Origin: Ophelia neglecta
Taxonomy: Eukaryota
Direction of reading: 5' to 3'
Assembly (NCBI GenBank): GCA_965285935.1
Contig: CBDIWN010000008.1
Span: forward strand, 248,001-312,000
DNA: 64,000 nt
The notes beneath the pieces were generated by a model that worked only from the letters and a program-made list of their open reading frames with translations, was not told the DNA's origin and did no database searches. Position 1 is the first letter of the stretch. The number at the start of each line of letters is the position of its first letter. A program made the translations under genes and the position numbers. Shown here one piece after another: positions 1 through 12,100 of this stretch.

Positions 1-984
1 TTAATTTTCATATTAAATCCCTCTCTAGCGAGAAAATACATCGATCAGCTTGTTTGCGTGGAGAGAAGCAAACACATTTGAGGCTAAATACTATGATTGT
101 AACAAATACGGAACGTAACATACACCAATATTGTGGAATATATATTATTGAGAAACCAGTAAACAGTAAATATTAGATTCCAATGATCATCGATTGGTTA
201 GGCATGGGGTTTTAACAATAAACCAGAGAATAGATACGTGATAATAATTATACAAGCTTCCGAAGCCTCCTATCCCTCCTAAATTGTTTATTATATTAAT
301 AAATCTCAATTTCCCAAATAATCGGTATGCAATATGTCTTGTCTCAAAATAATTTTTCAGAAATAAACCCATCAAAATAAGTGTTTATTTCGCATTTATT
401 TGCAATTTTGCTTCCATTGCCTCCCATCCCTATCCAATTCTATATTATAATGCTTCCAAAAACAATTACTATTGGGCATTCAAAATGTATTTTGTCATTG
501 CTTATTCTCATAGAAGTTTGCGCTTTTTGTAAACCTACTCACTCACAAACATGAGGAGATAAACTTTTATATTTTCCTGACATTATATACACATCTTCAA
601 AAAAGGACCTGATTTCGGTCTTTCTAAGGCCAAAATGTCACCGCGTACAACTGTTTATATAAAATATTTGCCTGATATTTAGAAGCAATAAACCATGTAC
701 TAATATAAGCATGTATATACCTTTTTGACCGAAATAAATCAATCGCTTTGCACACAGAATTATATGTAGTACGGTATGAAATGGTTATTTTAGAGCCTTC
801 ATGATATTGGCAATGATTCACATTTACTATCAAATTATATCAATGCATATTTATAGGAATAAAAATATCTAATCAAATCACCCAGGTTAAAAGTAAAAGC
901 AAGGTAGAAAGCTATATTACAATCAATGTCTGAAAGCAGGGGCTTCATGGTTATAATCTCAAAGGAATGTAGTGCGGCAGGTAA

Positions 985-3115
985 CTACTTAAAGTTTCCA
1001 TACTGTTCGTTCCTTGTCATATATTCCATTGCAATACAATGTAAGAAACGATATTGATCCTGTTAAGAAATGGAAGCATTCACTTAAACTGTAACTGTAA
1101 TCTTTGAATGCATGCACAAGATAATTGATTAATAAATAGCCCACTATCTTTGGACATTAACATTAATGAAAATAGAACGACATTTTGATATTGTAGATTA
1201 GTGTATCAATTATAGAAAAGCAATGTTTGTCACAATTCCGAAAACTCTTACCGGCAATGCACATATTAGTTATAGTACTTACCAAAGTATTGACAAATTG
1301 TTGTCGGTGTAGGGAAACAACTCTGACAGCAAGAAAGACGTCCACCTCGCGGTCTTCTTTCATCTTCTCTAACATATAATGTGCTGCGCATATCATTCCA
1401 CTGTGGCTGGCACCGTCTCTGTAATATACAAGTTAGTAATGGCATGTTGATTAAGCCCGCGAGATGCTTTAAGGAGATTAATACTTACCTCTATCTCCTT
1501 AAGCCGTATGGAGAAACTAGGCGATGAGAGGTGAGATGAACGTTTAGAGGGACATATGAAAGCGCTAACAGCTGATTTATTAAACAGCCCCCCCCCCCCA
1601 CCAACCCCTTATTAAGCGTCAGTGTCTCACTAATAACGAACAAGAGTAGTGGTATATATGCTAAAAAGTGTGGAGCATCCTTCAATAATTCATATTTTGT
1701 ATGTCACTAAGATTTTACAAATTACAGCTGCCTATTTATAAATGGGTGTTTGGCAACAAACCCCTCATTCGCGCTTTTTTTGAATCCTAAAGAGAAGCAT
1801 TTGTCTAGAGAATAACATAAAGATGATCCTAGTTTATTCATGTGTTATTTGTGTTTTTTACGAAAAAAATTCACGTGTTTATAACTTACTTGCATTGGAT
1901 AACAATTTTTCCAGTTTCAGATTGTCGTTGCCACTTCTGTAGTCGTTCTAACAGATTTAAAGTGTCATCCATGTTTGGCAGATTCTGTTTATCTGGCCGT
2001 TGCTTGAACAAAATATGGCGGACGCTCACTGCCTTGTTCTGGAACTAAGAATTTAACCAATAATATTAAAATATCGTTGTTGTATTTGAGAATATGCTTT
2101 TCTATACATTTAATAGTTGACATATCAATATAAATAAAATAAAATCCAGAGACTAACACTTGATGAAAAAGACACGGTGAACTTTCTTTCTTCTATGGCA
2201 TCTTTTTCGTCTTCGTCTTTTGAATCGATGCGCACCTCAAGATCACCAAACTTCCTAACGTCACCTTGTTGAAATTCCCCGTAATTGGGACAACCCTGAT
2301 GATAGAAATTGATGATAAAAACAAGTTTGTATATTTTGACGGGTTTAAAATTGCCGACCTAACTTCTGGCTTTTCGTATTGCACTATTGGTTTTATTGAA
2401 ACACGGCCTCCTACCTCGGAGTTTGGGGACGTTGTGTCCACAGTTATCACAGTGTGGCAGTTTTGTTCATACACCAAACGCCAGAAGTCAACAACAGTAG
2501 CAGGGAGTGGCAGCTGTGTTGCAATGAATGTCTTCTCCGCAAGAAAACTCTAATAAATCGTGGAGTAAACGAAATGCATTCCATCAATATGTGGCTTTAA
2601 GTTCAAGAAAATTCGAAAAATACAAAAGAAAGAAAAAAATGTTATCAATTGAGCATCATCCAATAAATCACTATTAAAAGAACATGATTAACGGAAAATA
2701 TGTCTAGAAATATACCATGCGTTAATAATCATTCAGCAAAGTATAAGGGAGATTGATGATATGGTGAAAAAGCTGAATGTAAGTTGTATTCATTTAAACC
2801 AATACACACGTTGACCACAACGGCATTGATATAGTCATTGGTCCCCGGACATCTTGTAGATAGATACAACCTGTGTTTATTGTCTATTGAAGAAAACAAA
2901 AGAAAACAGTTGTTTGAGTTAACCAATCTGATTGTGCATTGGTTCCATATACAGACATATAAGATTAGTTATATTATCATAACCCATGCAGTGTCTATTA
3001 TCTTAAACTATGTACCTGGCACTATATCAGCATCTCGATTCTTCCGCCTGTTTTCCTTACTCAGAGCACTAAGTTTGTCATCTGACTCCTTGTGTTGTTT
3101 CATTTTGGAAAGAAT
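985..3115 (-). other. PTP domain D2 exons of copy 1 (degenerate pseudophosphatase)
   Basis: KNRD, DYINAV, FIATQLP and DFWRLVYE are present. WPD is replaced by RPD and the signature reads IQCKDGASHSG, lacking the essential Arg. Confidence 0.85.
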
Positions 3116-6100
3116 CTGAAATGTAAGTCATTCCATAATTATCAACGCCTCACAATGATACAAAAGGGCTACTTTTCAGATAGGCGGAGTATATGGAAGC
3201 AAAAACCAAACAAAACTGTTCACAGTGATCGAAAATGGCTAATGCCAAACTGACTTCATTATCGATTCCCTCTGTTAGCAAAGTAACGTAAATGGTGAGC
3301 ATGCCGTTTGTTGCTGTCATCATAGAAAGTGCCATATTGTTATAATTATAGTGTTTGCCATCATCTATAAACCACATGCGATTTTAACACTTTTGTTTAA
3401 CATATCACACATTATCATATTGGTTAATGAGTGTTTACATGAAAAAGATGCATGTCTTTAGATAATTAATACAAGATTACATCATTGGAATAAATAGTTT
3501 TTCACAACAAATATTAATAAACTAAAATAGTATCTATAAATTATTAATTGCTGAAATGGTGCAACAAAACCACTATGTATAAAATGCTTACTTTGAATTG
3601 TTCTTCGATGGGTATTTCGTTGGAATATTCGTTTCCGCCGACCAGTTGTGTGAACCTCTCAGGATACACGTTACATGGAATGGCCGTCTGTCCTTGCTGG
3701 TATGCATCTAACAGTGCCTCGTAGATAAATATATATTGTGGCTGAAAGCAGAAGAAATATAACTTAATATATCTATTGTGTAGGAGTCAGTAATAATTAG
3801 ATATGTAGACCAAATTGATAATTAATTATGAAAATTGAGTATCCTGATACAAGAGCCATCGTATGGAGATTTATAATATAACTATTTGCCTTTCCTCCTA
3901 AATATATATCAAAAGTAATGTTGAAATGTCACGAATGCACATAATTAATGAGGCGTTTAGGATAAGGCGTTGATAATCAAAGTTTAGTCGGCATATGGGT
4001 TTACAAACTCCACATCCGATTTTCTATAATCTTTGACCTTAGCTGAACAAGATAATCTTTTTGGTAAAAACAGAGTTCATGTAAAAGCTTAATATAGCCT
4101 TAATGGAGTATTATCTCACGAAAAATTCTTACCAATGTCTGAACCATTTCCATACGTTCATTTCTGAGCTGAGTTACCAGTTTGAAGACATCTACTTTTC
4201 CTTCTCTTTTCATTTGGTCCAGGAGATAGTCCAGCGCAATCAATGTCCCTGTGCGGCCTATTCCAGCACTGGGAGGGATAAAGGAAATATGCTCATGGTG
4301 ACATTATTGTACCTTGATAAATAAACTAGCATTATAATGCCTTAGAACATTGTAAGCTTCAAATATGTTACTTTACCTGCAATGCACAATAATTGGCCCT
4401 GTTCCCTCTCCGTCAAATGATCTCAGCTTTCGTCTGAATTGCAAAAGAGGGAATACGTGTTCTGGGGCCTCCTTGTCTGGCCAGGAGAGGAACTGCAGGT
4501 GCTTTACTGTCCTCCGTTCATTCTACAATATGCAAATCATGGATGGGTTTTCTTATTTTAATTCTAATTGTGTTGATCGACCTCAAACGCTGACATGCTC
4601 TCGTTAAGTGGCGCCACAAAACGAAACCTTGAAGGAATCGGAACATTTTAATTTTTTGTTTTAAATTTTTCAATCCAAGAAAAAATCAGACAAAAATAAT
4701 TGCACCATATCTGATTTTGCATTACTATATTACATAACTTAGCATAGACCAGGTTATATCAAGTAATTGAAGTTATTACAATTGAAAATCTGTGATCATG
4801 TTCTATAAATACAGAATTCGACCAGAAAAAAGCAGGTCATGATTTATCGATCACCTTGGTATTTAGTGTATGTGTATTGTCTTTCAACTGTCGGTCAGCT
4901 ATGAATTATATTTTACATGCCAGTTACCAGATTACATGTGTTGCACAAGCAGAAAGCAGTTATTCTCAATACAGGCATTTCGTTTCCAGATATTTAACAA
5001 AGTTAATCGAAAACGCAAACAGCTCCTCCCGCAAGAGTTGAATAGTACGTCAAATGTGTAACAAAGATTCTGCGTGTCGATGAAGTATTTGTGACACAAG
5101 CCTGCCCTAGTTATCAGGTATATTTAGTAGATAAATATCGGTTTGTTATACACTATGGTGATGAAATTTTAGATGAAGCATTTGACAGTTGCTTTACGTT
5201 GCGAAAGCTGTCATAACCAAGTGACTTAATGTGCTGCCAACCTGCTGGAATAGGCAGTTAAACAACAACAACAACAACACACAGCGTTATGGTATGAACT
5301 ATGTGACATGTGGTAATCTAGATGTATAAATGTAGAAACGAAAATAAGAAAAATGCGAGTGGAAAGCCGGCAGACAAAGCCAAGTCACTAGTTGAGAACA
5401 GTCCGTTAAATCGTTACGAAATCATCAGGCACTAGCAGCCGAGTCGAGGCAGCAACAATTAAAATTAAGAAACGCACAAACACACTTCCTGACATATTTA
5501 ATAAGCAAAATATGCTTTAAAGACCTTCACTCATTTCTGTCTTATACTGGTTAAAAGTATTATATGTACCAACATGCAGTTCACAATATGATATAACTAA
5601 GAGGAAATGTTGTTCACGTGTTTCTTAACGTGTTTCGTTACATTCTGCGATTTTTCGTAGTTATTAATCTTCTAATCAATACGGGCCATACCACAATGTA
5701 TAGAAGAATGAATAATTTCCTTTCACTTAGGGCCAAATGTATCATATGAAATTTAAGATAACTGTAAAGAAAAATCTTACCCCTTTCCGTATTGTGATGA
5801 GTGTCAGAGTGTAGTCGGCATATGAATCACAGGCCGTGGTAGTCACTGTAATATCATCATAGGTTACAACCTCACCAACTGCCTCGGGCCAATACTGGGC
5901 ACACTTTGTCTGTTTTGAATAAGACAAATGTCAATTGTCAATGCTTAAGAAGACACGCTCTAATGACACTCAATACGTCACAAAAAAACAAAAACAATAC
6001 AATTCAACAATATATTTTATTTGGTTCACACTGACAAACCTTGGTGAGTTCTTTTATTCGTGTTGCCATAACAATACGATTTGACTCTAACTGCCAGACC

Positions 6101-9100
6101 ATCGACCAGAACGCGTACACTGTGTGCGGTTTCGGTCCTGAAAAGAAACAATTAGAAAAAGTTAATAATCGTTTGCTAGATGATAGAGTTCTTTTTCTTA
6201 ATCTTACTTAGTTGCTATTTAGATTTTTAAAGACATCATTATTATAAGTACTTATAGTATTGTTTCTGTTTCAATGTTCGAATAATTTCTGATTTAATTA
6301 TAAACCGACCTATAACTTCGTGAAACCGTAATTGTTTTTGTGACATATAATCCATGTCCGAATACCTATATGCGTTTGTGCGAGTTTTGTTTACTCACCT
6401 TGTGTGGCCACGTAATGGTTTTTCTTATTAGGATAACCCTAAAAAAGATACGTCACTTCGACTGTGCTTTAGATTATAAATGACTTTACGGTTTGAGATA
6501 TATCAAAAACCGGTAACATGTGGGTATATATACCAACCTTCAGTAAAACCATTTCAATATAGTAATCATATTTACCGTTATGAAGCTGGCATTGATGTAG
6601 TCAGAGTTATCAATAGTAGTTTCCAGAACCACTCGAGAAAAGTCGTCTATAAAAATGTAACTCATCATGTAACATATGAATAAAATACTGTAAATTAATA
6701 TCTTTTAGCAAACTGCAAACTTTCGCAAATTTGTATATAAACGCGAAAATATCAACTAGCAAAAATTTCCTGTTTGCGATTCCCTTACGCAACCCTTCTT
6801 TTAAGCAGTAATCAGGCTCTATCGTCGCCCAGCCAGGTCGGTAATGCAGGGTGAAATATGACTCGGGAAATTTTCTGGTTCCCTTAGACACCTTGTTTCT
6901 TAGTATACTTTTGCTGTCATTGAGTACATTTTACCATTTTACGTTCTCAGACGTGCGTTTTTAAATATGTAGGTTATAATCAAAGAAAACATACAGGCCC
7001 TGATATTCTTGAATCGATCCCTAGCTATGTTTTGTGTCTGCTTGGCCACGTCACATGGGCTCAGTTCTCCTGTAGGCACGTCCTACAACAACAGATAAAA
7101 TTATTAATGGAAAAAAAGCATGAAAAGAAATATGAAAACAGGACAAACAACTGGGACGCGTCTGTATGATAAACGAGAGAACACAAATCATATATCATAG
7201 CAGCGATGCAAAATTAGGTAGCTGGAAAGAACCAATATGTTTTTAATTCGGACCACCCAACTTTAAGTTATCACAATCGGCGATCGTCTTAAAATGAAGG
7301 GAAAGAATATTGGTACATTATCTTATTTTAGTTTCAAATACTGCGCAGTAATTAATAAAGATCTATTTTCGTGGCTAATGTTGGTTTCTTTACAGCCGCC
7401 AACATATAAAGCATAAATGACCATTTATTGAATCCCGCAGTGTATATACAATGAACGTTTTCGGTATACCGTGTATGCATGAACCATTTTTTCTTCAATA
7501 CGCATGTGTGACCCAATTAGTCAATGCCACAACTGTGGTAGGTCTAAAAAATGCAGCGGGATAAGACACCAAGGTTGCTTACACGGTGGATCAACCGATG
7601 TCATGAACTGTTTGAAGTTTAATTACAACATAAAGAAAGTAATAGATACATCAATTCCAAAGGATAAACATAAAGGACGCCTAATTTACTCAATGTCTTA
7701 ATTGGAATTAAATGAAGCATAACTCGTAACTTATTGTACCATCATGATCAATGCGACCGGCTTTATTATAGATATTTAATGTAGTTGTTATAGAGTTTTG
7801 AAATTACGAAAATGTGACCTAATGTAGATAGCTTTGTCAGTTAAGTCATTTTATTAGAAAATCTTCATAAAACACAACTTAAATAGGCAGTACTTGTGCA
7901 TGACATAACCAAAATGACAAACATGACATTTTTAGTCGACCTACGTAAGAGCCAGATTTAGGGTGACATGCTAGGCGGGCACAATTTAACTTGAAAATGT
8001 TCTTTCGTAACGCGGTTATAAAATACCAGGTTGGCGATACGTATGTTTGACACTTCCCGGGTTTAAGCACGCATGCCCTCACAAAGTACCCCAGCATGCA
8101 GCGCGGTCTTCCGCTTCACGCCAGATGCCACAAATATCAATAATCGCTCGAGCATACGCGATAGTAATAATCATGGACATTTTGGAGAATGTATATATCT
8201 AATCTAAGGAACTAGTCCAGAAGGCTTAATTCAATACCACACACTTTACTTAAGAATGTCATCACATTATCGATACATCTTAATTATGTTTGAAAATTAG
8301 TTATGCTGCCAAAGGCCTTTTTGTATTCTAGAAATGCAGATACCTTCAATTCAAAAAAAGAAGAAAAAACTTCACTGGCTGGTTACTAACTTCAAATTCC
8401 CTTTTCAGACCATCCTTAGTGTATTTCCGTGCCCCAATATATACTTCTAGATCATCTTCTTTAACACAGGTTCCATCGTCATGATTTTTTGTAGCTGGGA
8501 AGTCATAGTATATCGTATTAGGGTTCTCATCTACGTTACCTCCAAAGCATGGATTGTCTACTTCCTGCGTTTCAGCGAGTTCATTGACAGGTCCTTTGGC
8601 ATGGTAAAAAAGAACATTAGTCGCATACTGTCCATAGCACCTGACATGCTTTCTAAAAATGACACTATACAGGGGAGCGAGTATTTGAATAGATATGATT
8701 CCATGTGGAAAAAACGGGAGAAGGTACCCGGCACACAAAACAATATCATTTATCAAGAAAAGTCCATCAATTTGGCCCGGTACAATCAGGAACCGAAAGC
8801 CATAGGCATGGAATTACTTACCGGAACGCCTTCTAAATGACGAATAGCTTCTTCCATTTGGAGGTATTTCCTCCATTTTAGCATTAGCATTATCTTTCGC
8901 TTTCGTGCGTCGTTTCCTATTATGAATTTTCAAACACATCGTTTTGATTGAGGAACGTGAGTAGCGCTCGTAAGGATTTTTATTACTCATTAATGACAAC
9001 TAAGCAGACTCAATGATAATGCTTACAAAAATCATAATGGGATATAATGCCTCTGAGAAGTTGATAATTTCTTCATTCACCAACCTAAGAAAAACGGCAA

Positions 9101-12100
9101 GAACTACCACCAGGATGGCTATAGTCAGGAACGCTGCTATTGATCCTGTAATAGGACCGATCAAGCCTAACGAGACAGAGGGACCGACGCTAGGTTCTGG
9201 AAGATTGCACAATTACGTGAAATGGTCATTGGATAAGCAGCTGTAATGGTGTTGTTTGCATCCGAAGCACAATAAATAGATAGTATAGAGCATAGGCATA
9301 TAAAGGCAATGTCACTGTTTTGCGGGCCACGAATTCCCAAGTTAAAAAAAACTGTAGCTGTTGTAGTAAATATTACTTATGGCGACAACAAATATGAAAT
9401 TATATGTGACAAGGCAATATTATCGACTTTTTTTATATTGACAGCAAAATAGTTGAGTTTGATACTGAATTTAAAGTCAAAACCTTGTTCCTGTGTACCT
9501 AATGTAGTAGCGAAGACAGTCATGTTTTTGAGACAGTCTTCTTTTATTCCGTTCAATTGTCGATAAATCTTTAATATGATCCGGTATGTAGAATTGACGG
9601 CCAGATTTGTAAATGTTTTGTCATATTTCAAGGCAATATTATCTTCTTTGATTTCTATTGTAAGCGATTCAATGTCTACCCCATTTTCCTCTGAAACGGC
9701 GATTTTGTAGCCAAATACAGCCGCCGTATTTAATGTAATGCCTTTCACATGTGTCCATTCAATGGTTATCCTGTCAGTTTGAATATTGATAATGCTGACT
9801 TTGTTTATGTCCGGATACTCAACATAGGCTGTTCATAAAAAAGCAATAAGATAATTATTTTTCATTAATACATAAACATTATTGTGATTACGTCATTAGA
9901 GAAATATTGATCAAAATTATGTCTCAGTTCCATTTTTACTGATTATACTTACCTATAGATTGGTTACAGTAATCTCCAGAGTACCATGTATCGTACGGTG
10001 GTAGCTGACAACCGTTACTACATGCTCCACTGTACTGATGACAAGTCGTTATGTTATCTACAGCCTCACAGTTACTACTACATGGATGATCGCAGGTTTT
10101 ACCATAAAAACCACCTTGACAGACGCACGCCCCGCTATACCTGTCACATCCGGGGTTACTATGCTCACTAGAACACTGATTATTACAGGTATTATTGCAG
10201 AATTCGCCATAAGAACCGTCGTTACAGCCAAAATTACAAATTCCACTCCGCTCGTTGCAAGACCCAGAGCTAGTGACTACATGACAACCAGTGCTACAGT
10301 TGTTTTGACACTGGTCTCCAAAGTAAGGGTCCTGACAGCCACTCGTGCAACGCCCATCAGTGACAGTACATGACCGATTAGACTCCTGATCAATAAGGCA
10401 ATTCGCACTACACTGGTAGTTACAGTTTATACCGAAATGGTTTTTGTCACATTCTGTAACGTAGATTATAATCATAGACTGGCGGGATTTCTGGAAAATG
10501 GCCCTGTATAAGGTTCTAGAGGCATTTTGGGGTACAAGTTGGGAACCAGACTTTTTAACATAATTTAAGCATGCTGAATCCGATAAACCCGGTTCCCAAG
10601 CGAAATTTTGAGTTTTTGACCATCTAATTTGCATAAACAAAATGGCGGTCAAATTGTCAATTTTTAACTTTTCTTGAATCGTATTATATGGTTACGCTGT
10701 AACCAGACAAGTAAAAAGGACAAACAAAGTGTCTATACTACTTTATTAAAGGTCATAACATACATTTCAGACATTTCTAAAGCAATTAGTGCTAAATAAT
10801 ATTCATAAATATGCAAATTAGTTGCCGCCATTACAGAACCATCAATTTTCTCCGATATCTGGGGGGATTGCGTAGGCCTACACCTGCGTACGTCATAACT
10901 GACGTCATTGCGTATGCAGCGCCATAGCTGTCGTCATTTCTAGTTACTCCAACTAGATAGCCGATTGATAACGGATTGTCTTAATGCTGTTTTGCTATCG
11001 CAGTTTGATTTAAGGCTGTTTAGTGTGAGTGAAACTCCATTCACTTTTATACCTATCAAACAGTTTTGTGCTTTTCTTTGCTTTCCTTGTCTTGTCTGTA
11101 ATTTTCTCTTTCTTATGTTCTCTTCATTATTTGACATTGACTCTTTAGTGTAAGTGAAACTCCATTCACTCCCTTCTTGCACAGCGGTATTGCTATCATT
11201 TCGTGGTGGGGGGATTGCGTAGGCCTACACCAGAGTTTCGTCTTCTGTGAATGATGGATCCAGTAGTTACCTTGAAGAGGTCATCACCTGTAGATTGCAG
11301 CCTGTGTATTTTCTGCCAAACTCCTTCAGTCGGTGGTATTCTGAGTAAAGCAAGTGACCATGGACTCGCAACAGCCAAGCATGCTGCCAGTATCAGAAGA
11401 AAACTCAGGGACTCTAAGAACATCGTTGTGATCGACCGTCTTGAGAATGTTTTGAATTCTGATGAAAAACAATCTATTGTTTGGCACAAAATGTGCTATG
11501 CTCATTTCACGGACAAAAGTAAAATTGAACGTTTGCAGAAGCCACAGGCAGTGGATTCTAAACAAGTAGGAGCCAGTTGCAGCAGTAGTGGGAATAGACA
11601 TTCATTGCGAAAGTGTGTGGAACCAGTAAATTGGAAGCTATGCATTTTCTGTCAAACTGTTTCGAAGGCACGATTGACATCAGTCATGACAAAACAACTG
11701 AGTGATCAGATCATTCAAGCTTCCTCTCTCGACTACAAAATTGGTCTTCGATTGGCTGGAGTGATTGACTTAATTGCGGCTGAAGCCAAATACCACTTGA
11801 CCTGTCTCCGTTTATTCACGAGATCTACCAATAAAAATAACCAGGACTCGCAAAACTACGTCAGCCCTATGTAGATGGACTCTTTCATATAATCTGAGGT
11901 CTCACATTGCAGATGAAACGTATGCCATGTACAATCACTGTCGTGGCAGTACACGTGTTCACAATGAAGCTACCAAATCACGACAAAAGCGGGACAACGA
12001 TGATGAGATGTCATTGCTCACGGCTTTTATGGGATTTGGAGTTTTTGCGTCAGTTTCGCCAGATTCCCTGCAAAATCTCGTCACAAAAGACCTAGCAACA

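Noticed and set aside
1469-1502. TTAA-GGAGAT...ATCTCC-TTAA micro-palindrome (Kolobok/piggyBac-like relic)
   Set aside because: Too short to distinguish from chance.
5190-5280. SINE/LINE-like 3' tail ending in (CAA)n
   Set aside because: No recognisable tRNA-derived head or TSD, so it cannot be supported without a repeat library.
10454-10652. N-terminal extension of ORF 9936-10652
   Set aside because: This is chance read-through from the Academ TIR into the EGF exon. The real exon starts at the AG acceptor at 10454-10455, as in copies 2 and 3.
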